From Pseudomonadota bacterium (GTDB lineage Bacteria; Pseudomonadota; Gammaproteobacteria; Burkholderiales; JALYOK01): a DNA stretch of 33,469 nucleotides. Below the pieces are notes generated by a model. The model had not been told where the DNA came from. It saw only the letters and a list, made by a program, of their open reading frames with translations, and ran no database searches. Shown here piece by piece: positions 19,485 to 29,023 of this stretch. A program made the position numbers and the translations under genes. Location of the stretch: contig JANNMV010000341.1 in the NCBI GenBank assembly GCA_031398205.1, positions 1-33,469 on the forward strand, written 5' to 3'. Each line of letters starts with the position of its first letter. Within the stretch, counting starts at the first letter, position 1.

Positions 19485-20331
19485 GCAGCGCGACAAGCGT
19501 AAGCCGCCATCCGGGCTCGTTCCCGGTGTCAGTTATGGTCGCGGCAGTATGGGGCGATCAAGTTCCGCGCCGACTGAATCGATTCCTATCGCACGCTGGT
19601 TTACCGCGGCGCGGATGAACGGGCTGGCCAATGGGCTGTTGCTGCTCTGCGCGCTGCTGGCGCTGTTTGCGGCGTTCAGATGGATTGGCGGCAGCGCCAT
19701 GTTTAGACTGCAACACGTATTTGTCAGCGCACCACTGCAACAGGTGGATGAGGCGGTGTTAGGTGGCGTGATGCGATCACTGCGCGGCGATTTGTTGAGT
19801 GTGGATTTGGACCAAGCCCATGCCAACGTTGCCAAGCTGTCGTGGGTGCGGCGTGTCGAAGTGCGCCGCGAATTTCCTGATCGGCTGTATGTCTCCATCG
19901 AAGAGCACGAACCCCTTGGCGGTTGGGGCGATGAGGCGCTGATCAATACCCTCGGAGAAGTGTTCGAGGCAGACTATCGCGGCGTGTTGCCGCGATTTTC
20001 CGGACCCGATGGTAGCCAACACGATGTGGTCGATTTCTATAAGCGCAGCAAATCCGCGCTCGCGCCACTCGGTCTGACGCCAGTTGCCGTCAACCTATCA
20101 CCGCGCCGTGCCTGGCGCGTCAAGTTGGATAACGGATTAATCCTGGAACTGGGGCGTGAGCAAATCGACGATCGCCTGGCGGTGTTTGCAAGAGCGTATC
20201 CGACCGCACTCGCGCAACTCGCGGGGCGCGCAGGCACGATCGATTTGCGCTACGACGGCGGATTTGTCCTAAAAGCCGGCTTGGGTAAAGGACTTATTAA
20301 GAAAGAACGCGAGCAAGGCCACAAAGGATGA
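19474..20331 (+). CDS. ftsQ: Cell division protein FtsQ
   Basis: Basic N-terminal tail, a single TM helix ([14 protein letters not shown]), and a POTRA-like region ([23 protein letters not shown]). The start is uncertain: 19474 overlaps ddl, and later ATGs are possible. Confidence 0.8.
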   Translation: MSDRQRDKRKPPSGLVPGVSYGRGSMGRSSSAPTESIPIARWFTAARMNGLANGLLLLCALLALFAAFRWIGGSAMFRLQHVFVSAPLQQVDEAVLGGVMRSLRGDLLSVDLDQAHANVAKLSWVRRVEVRREFPDRLYVSIEEHEPLGGWGDEALINTLGEVFEADYRGVLPRFSGPDGSQHDVVDFYKRSKSALAPLGLTPVAVNLSPRRAWRVKLDNGLILELGREQIDDRLAVFARAYPTALAQLAGRAGTIDLRYDGGFVLKAGLGKGLIKKEREQGHKG

Positions 20332-21569
20332 TCAGCAAAACTCGGGAGTACAAAAATCTAATTGTCGGTCTGGACATCGGAACGTCCAAGATTGTCGCGA
20401 TCGTAGCGGAGGTGACGCCGGAGGGACGGCTTGAAATTATCGGCATGGGCAGTCATCCATCACGCGGACTGAAAAAAGGCGTGGTGGTGAATATCGAAAC
20501 CACGGTGAATGCCATTCAGCGTGCCTTGGAAGAAGCTGAGCTGATGGCCGATTGCAAGATCCGCGAAGTGATTACCGGCATTGCGGGCAGCCATATCAAA
20601 AGTTTCAACTCCCATGGCATGGTCGCGATCAAGGATAAAGAGGTCGCGCAGGCGGACGTTGATCGCGTTATCGAAACGGCGCGTGCCGTGTCGATACCGA
20701 TGGATCAGCAAATACTGCATATTCTGACGCAAGAGTTCGTCATCGACGGTCAGGAAGATGTGCGCGAGCCGCTCGGCATGGCGGGCGTGCGTCTGGAAGT
20801 AAAGGTTCATATTGTCACCGGCGCGGTCAGCGCCGGACAGAACATCATGAAGTGCGTGCGCCGCTGCGGCCTTGAGGTGCGCGACCTGATTTTGCAGCCA
20901 TTGGCTTCGGCTATGGCGGTGTTGTCGGAAGACGAAAAAGACCTTGGCGTGTGCCTGGTGGATATCGGCGGTGGCACCACCGACATCGCGGTATTCACCG
21001 AAGGCGCGATTCGCCATACCGCCGTGATTCCCATCGCCGGCGATCAAATCACCAACGACATCGCCATGGCGCTGCGCACACCGACCAAAGACGCGGAAGA
21101 CATCAAAGTGGCACACGGCTGCGCCCTGCGTCAGTTGGCAAGTACAGAAGAGAGCGTCGAAGTGCCGGGTGTCGGCGAGCGCGGCGCGCGGCAATTGTCG
21201 CGTCAGACCTTGGCGGAAGTGATCGAGCCGCGGGTGGAGGAACTCTACTCGTTGGTGCAAGCCGAGCTACGTCGCAGCGGATTCGAAGAGCTGATGTCTT
21301 CAGGCATTGTCCTGACAGGCGGCTCCGCCATCATGCAAGGCATGGTGGAGTTGGGCGAAGAGGTATTTCACATGCCGGTTCGATTGGGAATACCCAGCTA
21401 CGCCGGCGGACTGGCCGAGGTGGTGAAGAGTCCACGCTATTCGACCGGTGTTGGTTTGTTATTGGCTGGTCATGAGCAACATAAACGCAATCAAATCATT
21501 AAGCTTTCAACGAGTTCGTTTCAGCAGATTCTGGAGCGGATGAAGGATTGGTTCAAAGGAAATTTTTAG
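20328..21569 (+). CDS. ftsA: Cell division protein FtsA
   Basis: Actin-like ATPase motifs VGLDIGTSKIVAIV and VDIGGGTTDIAVF. ATGA overlap with ftsQ. Confidence 0.95.
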   Translation: MISKTREYKNLIVGLDIGTSKIVAIVAEVTPEGRLEIIGMGSHPSRGLKKGVVVNIETTVNAIQRALEEAELMADCKIREVITGIAGSHIKSFNSHGMVAIKDKEVAQADVDRVIETARAVSIPMDQQILHILTQEFVIDGQEDVREPLGMAGVRLEVKVHIVTGAVSAGQNIMKCVRRCGLEVRDLILQPLASAMAVLSEDEKDLGVCLVDIGGGTTDIAVFTEGAIRHTAVIPIAGDQITNDIAMALRTPTKDAEDIKVAHGCALRQLASTEESVEVPGVGERGARQLSRQTLAEVIEPRVEELYSLVQAELRRSGFEELMSSGIVLTGGSAIMQGMVELGEEVFHMPVRLGIPSYAGGLAEVVKSPRYSTGVGLLLAGHEQHKRNQIIKLSTSSFQQILERMKDWFKGNF

Positions 21570-21604
21570 GCATTGAATTTAGTTAACTTACGGAGGATGT
21601 AACC

Positions 21605-22753
21605 ATGTTTGAAATTATCGAAAATCAGTTGCAAGACGCCACGATTAAAGTAATCGGCGTAGGTGGCTGCGGCGGCAACGCAGTCGATCATATGATCAAC
21701 AACGGCGTATCGGGCGTGGAGTTCATCTGCGCCAACACGGACGCGCAAGCGCTAAAGCGTAGTCAAGTGAAGAATGTTATCCAACTTGGCGGCGGGTTAA
21801 CCAAGGGTTTGGGGGCGGGGGCGAATCCAGAGGTTGGCAAGCAAGCGGCCGAAGAAGATCGCGAACGCATTTCCGAGGCGATTCAGGGCGCCGATATGTT
21901 ATTCATCACGGCAGGAATGGGCGGCGGCACCGGAACCGGCGCTGCGCCCGTGGTGGCGCAGATTGCCAAGGAACTGGGCATACTCACCGTTGCGGTGGTG
22001 ACCAAACCGTTTGCCTTTGAAGGTAAGCGCATGCGCGTCGCACAAGCGGGAATCGAAGCGCTGTCGCAGTATGTCGATTCGCTGATCATTATCCCAAACG
22101 ACAAACTCATGGAAGTTTTGGGCGAAGATGTCGGTTATCTTGACGCCTATAAGGCGGCAAACGACGTGCTACGCGGCGCCGTCGCGGGTATCGCGGAAGT
22201 AATCAATTGCCCAGGCTTAGTAAATGTCGACTTTGCGGACGTGAAAACCGTTATGTCGGAAATGGGTGTCGCAATGATGGGATCAGCCCAAGCGGCCGGC
22301 ATCGATCGCGCTCGCATGGCCGCGGAGCAAGCCGTCGCCAGCCCGCTGCTCGAAGACGTGAACTTATCCGGCGCGCGTGGCGTGTTGGTTAATATCACGG
22401 CCGGTCAGACGATGAAGCTCAAGGAAGTGCATGAAGTGATGAATACCATTCGCGGCTTTACCGCCGACGATGCGACGGTGATTTTCGGTAGCGTGATCGA
22501 TCCGGATATGGGCGATAACCTGCGCGTGACCATCGTAGCAACGGGTTTGGGTGGTGTGTTGGCGCGTAGCCAAGCCAAGCCGTTTGCCGTGGTCAAGAAC
22601 GGTACGGATAACTCGGCTATGGAAGTTGACTACGAGGCATTGGCGGCGCCAGCGGTGATGCGTCGCCGTCGCGACAGCACGGTTGAAGCGCTGAAACAAT
22701 CGGGTGTCGAGTTGCTCGATATTCCGGCATTTTTGCGCAAGCAAGCCGACTGA
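21605..22753 (+). CDS. ftsZ: Cell division GTPase FtsZ
   Basis: RBS GGAGGA upstream. Motif [10 protein letters not shown], tubulin signature [11 protein letters not shown], and the conserved C-terminal peptide [11 protein letters not shown]. Confidence 0.97.
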   Translation: MFEIIENQLQDATIKVIGVGGCGGNAVDHMINNGVSGVEFICANTDAQALKRSQVKNVIQLGGGLTKGLGAGANPEVGKQAAEEDRERISEAIQGADMLFITAGMGGGTGTGAAPVVAQIAKELGILTVAVVTKPFAFEGKRMRVAQAGIEALSQYVDSLIIIPNDKLMEVLGEDVGYLDAYKAANDVLRGAVAGIAEVINCPGLVNVDFADVKTVMSEMGVAMMGSAQAAGIDRARMAAEQAVASPLLEDVNLSGARGVLVNITAGQTMKLKEVHEVMNTIRGFTADDATVIFGSVIDPDMGDNLRVTIVATGLGGVLARSQAKPFAVVKNGTDNSAMEVDYEALAAPAVMRRRRDSTVEALKQSGVELLDIPAFLRKQAD

Positions 22754-22883
22754 CCGATCAATAATTTAGTGACGTTGAGAGCGGTAGAGTGTCCGGCGCA
22801 CGCACTGCGCGGTTGTTGGGTGAGCGTCGAATGTGCTATTATTATCAGCTATTTACGCAATCTTCCTGTGTAACAAAGAGAAT

Positions 22884-23798
22884 ATGATTAAACAACGTTC
22901 GATTAAAACGGTCATCCACGCAACCGGTGTGGGGCTGCATTCCGGTCAAAAAGTTTATATGACTTTGCGACCGGCGCCTGTTAACACCGGTGTCGTGTTC
23001 ATTCGCAGCGACTTACCGCAGCCCAATTCTATTCGGGCCGAGGCGCGCCGCGTCGGCGATACGCGCTTGTCCACTTGCTTGGAAGAAGCGGGTGTACGCG
23101 TCGCAACCGTCGAACATTTGATGTCAGCCATTTCTGGTTTGGGCATCGATAATTTGTTCGTCGATCTCACGTCAGCGGAAGTCCCGATTATGGATGGCAG
23201 CGCGGGGCCTTTCGTTTTTCTGCTGCAAAGCGCGGGGATTGAAGAACAGAAAGCCGCTAAGAAATACATTCGCATCAAAAAGCCGATTCAGGTGGCCGAC
23301 GGCGATAAGTGGGCGCGCTTTGAGCCTTTTAACGGCTTCAAGCTCACCTACACGATTGCGTTTGATCATCCGGTTTTTGATGCTGATAATTCCAGCGTGA
23401 CCATCAATTTCGCCGATACATCGTATGCGCAAGAAGTCAGCCGCGCGCGAACCTTTGGCTTCATGCAAGATGTGGAAACACTCCGATCGATGGGGTTGGC
23501 GCAAGGCGGTTCGCTCGACAATGCCATCGTGATGGACGAATACCGAGTCTTGAACGAAGATGGTCTGCGCTATAAAGACGAATTCGTCCGCCATAAAATT
23601 CTCGACGCCGTGGGCGATCTTTATTTGCTCGGTCACCCGTTGATCGGTGCATTCCACGGTTACAAGGCAGGTCATGCGCTACACAATCGTTTGCTGCGTG
23701 AGTTGATGCAAGAGCAAGCGGCGTGGGAGTTCGCGACGTTTGACTCCTTGGACGCGCTGCCGCAGGGTTTCTTTGGCCTCACTACGCAACCCGTTTAG
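22884..23798 (+). CDS. lpxC: UDP-3-O-acyl-N-acetylglucosamine deacetylase
   Basis: From the ATG at 22884: [24 protein letters not shown]. Also TVEHLMSA and the C-terminal [12 protein letters not shown]. The 17-aa extension in the ORF track is unlikely to be real. Confidence 0.95.
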   Translation: MIKQRSIKTVIHATGVGLHSGQKVYMTLRPAPVNTGVVFIRSDLPQPNSIRAEARRVGDTRLSTCLEEAGVRVATVEHLMSAISGLGIDNLFVDLTSAEVPIMDGSAGPFVFLLQSAGIEEQKAAKKYIRIKKPIQVADGDKWARFEPFNGFKLTYTIAFDHPVFDADNSSVTINFADTSYAQEVSRARTFGFMQDVETLRSMGLAQGGSLDNAIVMDEYRVLNEDGLRYKDEFVRHKILDAVGDLYLLGHPLIGAFHGYKAGHALHNRLLRELMQEQAAWEFATFDSLDALPQGFFGLTTQPV

Positions 23799-23820
23799 TT
23801 CCTAGCCGCAACGGGGCGAC

Positions 23821-23997
23821 ATGGTCTTTTTTCGCCTGATTGTCGTTGTTCTACTAGCCGCCCTCGGCATTTGCGTCGGGCTTTATGTCTTCACCCGCGA
23901 TCGGCGTTTCCTCCGTTATGCAGGCCAAATCATGAAGGTTGGATTAATTGTCGTCTTGGTGGTTCTGGCGTTGTTCGCCATCGACCGAATAATCTAG
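23821..23997 (+). CDS. Possible small membrane protein (58 aa, two hydrophobic helices)
   Basis: This ATG..TAG ORF falls below the ORF-track size cut-off: MVFFRLIVVVLLAALGICVGLYVFTRDRRFLRYAGQIMKVGLIVVLVVLALFAIDRII. It has two TM-like segments around a basic loop, only a weak G-rich RBS, and no recognised homology. Confidence 0.35.
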   Translation: MVFFRLIVVVLLAALGICVGLYVFTRDRRFLRYAGQIMKVGLIVVLVVLALFAIDRII

Positions 23998-24005
23998 TCG
24001 CCGTT

Positions 24006-24449
24006 TTAATTCTCGCGACGAGCTTGCCGTTTCAGCAGCGTCGAAACTTCGTCTTTCAGCGTCGATGCCGGCAGCTCGGCAGCGAGGCGCTGCAAGCTTT
24101 CGAGCGCAACCGGACCCATAACCGGTTTATGCTTTTGCGGCCGGCTGACGCGTTCTTCCGAATCTACAAGCACATTCACTTTAACGTCAACGGGCTGTTG
24201 CAAAAGCTGCGAGATTTTCTGTTCTAAGCTCGGGACGACTTGTTTCAGCTTGGCCGCAGCCGCGCCGTTTTTGGCAACGACAATCAGAATTCCATTTCGA
24301 AACGAGCCCACTTGGCCCAGCGCGGCAAAGGCCGCTGGAACTGAATTTTGGTAGAGTCGCTGCATATAACTCAATTCCGAAAGCTGCTGGAGTAGCGGCT
24401 TTAGCGCGGGCTCCGCATGGATGAAGGCAGTGAATGAGCGTGCGGACAT
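24006..24449 (-). CDS. dciA: DUF721 / DciA-family protein (putative replicative helicase operator)
   Basis: From the ATG at 24449 (AAGG 6 nt upstream): MSARSFTAFIHAEPALKPLLQQ...GILIVVAKNGAAAAKLKQVVPSLEQKI. This matches the DUF721 pattern from memory. The 26-aa upstream extension in the ORF track runs into AT-rich, promoter-like sequence. Confidence 0.65.
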   Translation of the reverse strand: MSARSFTAFIHAEPALKPLLQQLSELSYMQRLYQNSVPAAFAALGQVGSFRNGILIVVAKNGAAAAKLKQVVPSLEQKISQLLQQPVDVKVNVLVDSEERVSRPQKHKPVMGPVALESLQRLAAELPASTLKDEVSTLLKRQARREN

Positions 24450-25018
24450 GTGGCCTTCGAGAATCGTCGAGTAACGGAAATTAAAATTTCTTAATTCTTT
24501 GGATGCGCCATCATAATCCATGTACAAAAGCTTAGAAACTAGAACATCGGCCCGCGCTTGAAGTCGCTCCGCTTGCCTGAGCTACATTCTCGATTCATAA
24601 GTGGAAACATCGGCCCGTGGATGGTGCAGAGTTATCCGCGTCGGCGTGCTCGTTATTTTTCTCGATCGTTGCAATTCCGCTGGGCGCGTCAGGTCGCTGT
24701 GGGGAAGATTTACAACTTCGCGCCAATCGCGCGTTTGATGGCGATGTCGCGGGTTTTTAGACTTGTCCGGTTCTGTAGCACACGAATTGTCGGCTTTTTC
24801 TGTCGCGGGCGGGAAATGGCGCAGGGCGTAGCCCGGAGTGGGTTTACGCCCTGGACGGCGCGTCTGGCGGACGCCCTTGCTGCATCGCTAGCTGTGGCAT
24901 AGAATCTTCCTGGTATCCAGTGCTCATAAGATACGACAGTCGAAGGGTGGAATTCCCGATCAACTAACTCGTTGTATGTGGTATCAGTAATTCGTCTTCA
25001 CTCAAAGGAGGATATTTG

Positions 25019-26269
25019 ATGAAACATCTGCTTGCAAAAAAGAACTTTTCACTAATCACATTGGTTGCGGCCGCCGCACTCGCAGGCGGAATCTATAGCA
25101 GCGCAGCCAGTGCCGCCGATCCAATCAAACTCGGTTTGCTCGAAGACGAGTCGGGCAACTTTGCCATCGCGGTGATTCCCAAAATTCACGCGGTACAGCT
25201 TGCGGTGGAAGAGATCAACGCCAAAGGTGGTGTGCTCGGCCGTCCGCTGCAAGTGATCCATTACGATACGCAATCGGACAATACCCGCTTCCAAGAAATG
25301 GCGCGGCGCATCACCCAGCAAGATAAAGTGGACGTTGTATTTGGCGCTTTCTCAAGCGCATCGCGTGAAGCCATACGCCCCATCATGGATCGCGCCAAAA
25401 TGTTGTACTTCTACAATAACCAGTATGAGGGTGGCGTCTGCGATTCGAACGTGTTCGTTACCGGCGCCGTGCCAGAGCAGCAATTTTCCACCCTGGTGCC
25501 CTGGCTGATGGAGAAATACGGCAAGAAGGTTTACACCATCGCGGCCGATTACAACTTCGGCCAGATATCGGCGGAATGGGTGCGCAATATCGTCAAGCAG
25601 AATGGCGGTACCATGGTGGGGGAGGAGTTTATTCCGCTATCCGTTTCCCAATTCAGTCAAACCATACAAAAGATTCAAAAGGCGAAACCTGATGTATTGA
25701 TGACCTTGCTGGTGGGCGCCAACCAGGCGTCGTTTTATGGGCAACAAGCGGCCGCGAATCTCGGAATTCCCATGGGCAGTTCGGTGAATGTCGGCCAAGC
25801 CTATGAGCACAAGCGCTTCAAACCGCCCGCATTAAAAGACATGTACGTGACTGCGAATTATGTTGAGGAAGTCGAATCACCGGCGAGCGCCGATTTTGTC
25901 AAACGCTTCCGCGCCAAGTTCCCAAAAGAGCCGTACATCAACCAAGAGGCCGCTAACTCGTATACCGCCGTTTACCTATATGCGAAGGCAGTAGAGAAGG
26001 CCAAGACCACCGATAAAAAAGCCGTCGCCAAAGCCTTGGAAGGCGGCGATATCTGTCACGATGGCCCGTCGGGTAAGGTGTGCATCGATCCGAAGAGCCA
26101 TCACCAGAGCCACACGATTTACTTGGTGCATGTCCAAGCCGACCACTCGGTGAAAATTCCGAAAGTCTGGAACGACATTAAGCCTTACTGGCTGGGCGAT
26201 GTCGGCTGCGATCTTTCCAAGAAGGCCGATAACTCGCAATACACACCCAGCAGCCTGCCGAAGAAGTAA
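25019..26269 (+). CDS. Urea/short-chain amide ABC transporter substrate-binding protein (UrtA/FmdD/AmiC family)
   Basis: RBS AAGGAGGA 6 nt upstream. Signal peptide ending ASA/ADP. Motifs AVEEINAKGGVLGRPL and YNNQYEGGVCDSNVFVTGAVPEQQ closely resemble UrtA-type binding proteins. Confidence 0.85.
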   Translation: MKHLLAKKNFSLITLVAAAALAGGIYSSAASAADPIKLGLLEDESGNFAIAVIPKIHAVQLAVEEINAKGGVLGRPLQVIHYDTQSDNTRFQEMARRITQQDKVDVVFGAFSSASREAIRPIMDRAKMLYFYNNQYEGGVCDSNVFVTGAVPEQQFSTLVPWLMEKYGKKVYTIAADYNFGQISAEWVRNIVKQNGGTMVGEEFIPLSVSQFSQTIQKIQKAKPDVLMTLLVGANQASFYGQQAAANLGIPMGSSVNVGQAYEHKRFKPPALKDMYVTANYVEEVESPASADFVKRFRAKFPKEPYINQEAANSYTAVYLYAKAVEKAKTTDKKAVAKALEGGDICHDGPSGKVCIDPKSHHQSHTIYLVHVQADHSVKIPKVWNDIKPYWLGDVGCDLSKKADNSQYTPSSLPKK

Positions 26270-26287
26270 GCTCAAAGGAGAAATCGG

Positions 26288-26316
26288 GGGAAGCGTTCGC
26301 TCGCTGGACGCTTCCC
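26288..26316 (+). terminator. Intercistronic stem-loop after the binding-protein gene (partial terminator or mRNA stabiliser)
   Basis: GGGAAGCGT, an 11-nt loop, then ACGCTTCCC (9-bp perfect stem), followed by TCGGTTGATT. It sits between the SBP stop and the permease start. Confidence 0.45.
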
Positions 26317-26320
26317 TCGG

Positions 26321-27223
26321 TTGATTGCGGCGTCAACCTACTCGCGGCTAAATATCTTGACTGAGTTTTTCGCGTTTTTGTACCTATGGGGGGACGCGTT
26401 TACGTTTCTCGTACTCTCCGCAATGGGGCTCGCCATCATCTTCGGCATGATGGGCGTGATCAATCTGGCACACGGCGAATTCATCATGTGCGGCGCCTAC
26501 GTAACGGTGTTGACCAGCCGGTTGAATTTGCCGTTACCGCTATGTATGCTCTGCGGCGCCTTGGCGGCGGGAATCATCGGCGTCATTTTGGAGCGGTTGA
26601 TCATCCGCCATCTTTATCACCGTTTGTTCGATTCCATCGTGGCGACTTGGGCCATCAGCCTAATCGTGACGCAAGGAACACTTATATTCGCGGGGCCCTC
26701 AATCGAGGGTATTAAGACGCCATTTGGCAGCTTCAACATCGGCGGCTACTCGTTTTCCACTTATCGCGTGGCCCTGATGGCGATCGCGGTGTTGACGCTA
26801 ATTGCAATGTATTTGTTGTTCATGAAAACCAAGTATGGCGTGCGCGCTCGCGCCACCATACAGAACCCGCGCATGGCGCAGGCGCTGGGTGTTGATACGG
26901 GGAGGATATACAGCCTCACCTTCGGCCTCGGTGCCGCTCTGGCGGGACTGGCCGGCGCACTCTATGCGCCTACCACTACCACGGTCCCAACCATGGGAAG
27001 CGCGTTTATCGTGCAGTCGTTTGTCACGGTGGTGGTTGGCGGCGCTAACGCACTGGTCGGTACGGCGCCTGCGGCAGGAATATTGGGCATTATTCAAAGT
27101 TGGCTTGGGGCCGCATTCGGTCAAACCATCGGCCAAATCGGATTACTCGTAACCGTGATACTCGTGGTGCGACTGCTCCCCAGGGGGCTGAGCGGCGTAC
27201 TCTCGCGAGGCGGAAATGGCTAG
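26321..27223 (+). CDS. ABC transporter permease (UrtB/LivH-type)
   Basis: Polytopic protein with LGLAIIFGMMGVINLAHGEF near the N-terminus. The start is uncertain: TTG at 26321 or TTG at 26357. Confidence 0.85.
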   Translation: MIAASTYSRLNILTEFFAFLYLWGDAFTFLVLSAMGLAIIFGMMGVINLAHGEFIMCGAYVTVLTSRLNLPLPLCMLCGALAAGIIGVILERLIIRHLYHRLFDSIVATWAISLIVTQGTLIFAGPSIEGIKTPFGSFNIGGYSFSTYRVALMAIAVLTLIAMYLLFMKTKYGVRARATIQNPRMAQALGVDTGRIYSLTFGLGAALAGLAGALYAPTTTTVPTMGSAFIVQSFVTVVVGGANALVGTAPAAGILGIIQSWLGAAFGQTIGQIGLLVTVILVVRLLPRGLSGVLSRGGNG

Positions 27224-28313
27224 CTGGTTCGCATGGCTCAATGGTCCTCAGACCCTGGGAAACGGCCGGGGATTTTGGCTGAGTTTCTCCATGGTCGTGC
27301 TGCTACTCCTGATCCTGCCATTCTTTGCGGACGAGTATCTGGTAAACAACATCGGCTACTTTTTCATCTGGGTATTCATGGCCATGGGCCTGTCGTTGTT
27401 GTGGGGCTATACGGGCATCTTGAGTTTCGGTCAAACTGCCTTCTTTGGCGTCGCCGGCTACACGTATGGCATCATCACGCTCAACTATGGCGCCGACTAC
27501 GGGTTAACGTTTGGAGCGCTGTTACTGGCCGTGGCGTTAGCCGCAATAGTTGCATGGATTATCGGCTATTTCATGTTTTACGGCGGCATCCGCGACGTGT
27601 TTGTCGGTATCGTCACGCTCTCCGTCACGCTAGTGTTGGAGACTTTCATGGCGCAAACGGCGGGACCGGAATGGGCCATCGGCGCAGCGCGCCTAAATGG
27701 CTTCAACGGTATGTCGGGTATGCCGCCGCTGACGATTCCGTGGCCGGGTGAGGATGAAATTTTCCTGGAAGGGCGAACCCTATTCTGGTTCCTGGTAGCG
27801 CTAGTGGTGTTGGTGTATCTCGGGTTACGCATACTCGTGAATTCGCGCTTTGGCAACGTCATGGTGGCGATCCGCGAAAATCCAAACCGGGTGGAGATGC
27901 TGGGTTACGACGTGCGCCGCTATCAACTGATCGTCTTCATCATCGGCGGCGCGCTGGCGGGCTTAAGCGGCGTGCTGTACACCACTTGGGGCACTTACAT
28001 CACGCCCTCTGCCATGGGGCTCACGGCGGCTGCACTACCGATTATATGGACGGCGGCGGGGGGAAGAAAAGATCTCACCGCGACCCTGGTCGCCACCGTG
28101 TTCCTGGTTTGGTTGTCGCAGATGCTTGCGGTCAAGGGAAGTCAGTATGCCCTGATTCTGATGGGGTTGATTTTGTTGGTTGCCGTGATGCTGGCGCCGG
28201 AAGGTTTTGTTGTCACGCTAGCGAAAAAAATCGCACGGCTTAAGGGAGAAAACAGTCAACCACCCGCCGGCGTCCCGAAGCCAAAACTCGCAGAATCATC
28301 GCCTCCGCCATGA
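27216..28313 (+). CDS. ABC transporter permease (UrtC/LivM-type)
   Basis: Polytopic protein with LLWGYTGILSFGQTAFFGVAGY. It overlaps the preceding permease gene by 8 nt. Confidence 0.85.
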   Translation: MASWFAWLNGPQTLGNGRGFWLSFSMVVLLLLILPFFADEYLVNNIGYFFIWVFMAMGLSLLWGYTGILSFGQTAFFGVAGYTYGIITLNYGADYGLTFGALLLAVALAAIVAWIIGYFMFYGGIRDVFVGIVTLSVTLVLETFMAQTAGPEWAIGAARLNGFNGMSGMPPLTIPWPGEDEIFLEGRTLFWFLVALVVLVYLGLRILVNSRFGNVMVAIRENPNRVEMLGYDVRRYQLIVFIIGGALAGLSGVLYTTWGTYITPSAMGLTAAALPIIWTAAGGRKDLTATLVATVFLVWLSQMLAVKGSQYALILMGLILLVAVMLAPEGFVVTLAKKIARLKGENSQPPAGVPKPKLAESSPPP

Positions 28314-29023
28314 CGGCAATCCTGGAAACGAGAAATCTCAGCAAGCACTTTGGTGGGCTGCACGCCACCAATGGCGTGGACTTAAGCATCGAAGCCGGCG
28401 AACTGCGCTGTTTGATCGGACCCAACGGCGCGGGAAAGAGCACACTGTTCAAATTGATTCTCGGCAACTATCCGCCGACTTCCGGCGAGATTTGGTTCAA
28501 CGGCGAAAACATAACCAAGCTATTGCCCTATCGCCGCATCGAAAAGGGAATCAGCATTAAGTTTCAGGTACCCGGTATATTCGACGATCTCCCGGTTGCG
28601 CAGAATCTACTCATCGCATTACAACATCGCATGAGTAAAGAACGTTCGAAAACCGAGTTAGAAAGGCTGATGACGCTGCTGGATCTACAAGCCGCGCGGG
28701 CGAAGCGCGCCGGCGACCTGTCGCACGGGCAGAAACAATGGTTGGAGATCGGCATGGCCATCGCATTGTCGCCGTCATTACTGTTATTGGACGAACCCAC
28801 GGCGGGTATGTCTCCCGAAGAGACCTTCAAAACCGGTGAATTGGTCAAGCAACTTAACCAACAGGGCATGACCGTCCTGGTGATCGAGCACGACATGGTA
28901 TTTGTTCGGCAAATTGCGCAGAAAGTGACGGTGTTGCACTTCGGCAAGATTTTTGTCGAAGGATCGCTCGCCGCCATCGTCGACAACGAAGACGTCGCGC
29001 GCATTTATTTGGGGAAAGTCTGA
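28310..29023 (+). CDS. ABC transporter ATP-binding protein (UrtD/LivG-type)
   Basis: Walker A in GELRCLIGPNGAGKST (UrtD-like context), signature LSHGQKQWLEI, and Walker B LLLLDEP. ATGA overlap with the upstream gene. Confidence 0.9.
   Translation: MTAILETRNLSKHFGGLHATNGVDLSIEAGELRCLIGPNGAGKSTLFKLILGNYPPTSGEIWFNGENITKLLPYRRIEKGISIKFQVPGIFDDLPVAQNLLIALQHRMSKERSKTELERLMTLLDLQAARAKRAGDLSHGQKQWLEIGMAIALSPSLLLLDEPTAGMSPEETFKTGELVKQLNQQGMTVLVIEHDMVFVRQIAQKVTVLHFGKIFVEGSLAAIVDNEDVARIYLGKV

Noticed and set aside
20460-21260. 266-aa minus-strand ORF, with many other 60-170-aa ORFs antisense to or overlapping the dcw genes (for example 7204-7596, 7975-8415, 9594-10076, 10958-11419, 15791-16177, 22364-22744, 23172-23675).
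   Set aside because: All lie inside genes with unambiguous homology on the other strand or frame. Their translations are Arg/His/Ala-rich and low-complexity, as expected from open antisense frames in GC-rich coding DNA.
24558-24902. 114-aa plus-strand ORF in the dciA-transporter gap.
   Set aside because: It has a TTG start with no RBS, and its Arg/Trp/Cys/Phe-rich composition shows no recognisable motifs. The frame is filled with hairpin-forming GC-rich sequence. I treated it as non-coding and discuss the region as a finding instead.
24895-24910. TGGCATAGAATCTTCC upstream of the transporter as a sigma-54 promoter.
   Set aside because: The -24 half is good, but the position that should be the invariant GC of the -12 element reads TC (or needs a 1-nt spacing shift). 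It is too weak to call and is kept only as a note.
24780-25018. Possibility of a guanidine (ykkC) or other known riboswitch upstream of the amide/urea transporter.
   Set aside because: I could not find the conserved ykkC core strings (such as the GGGA/ACGR and CCGGGAG-type blocks) or any other riboswitch consensus I know. Only generic GC hairpins are present.
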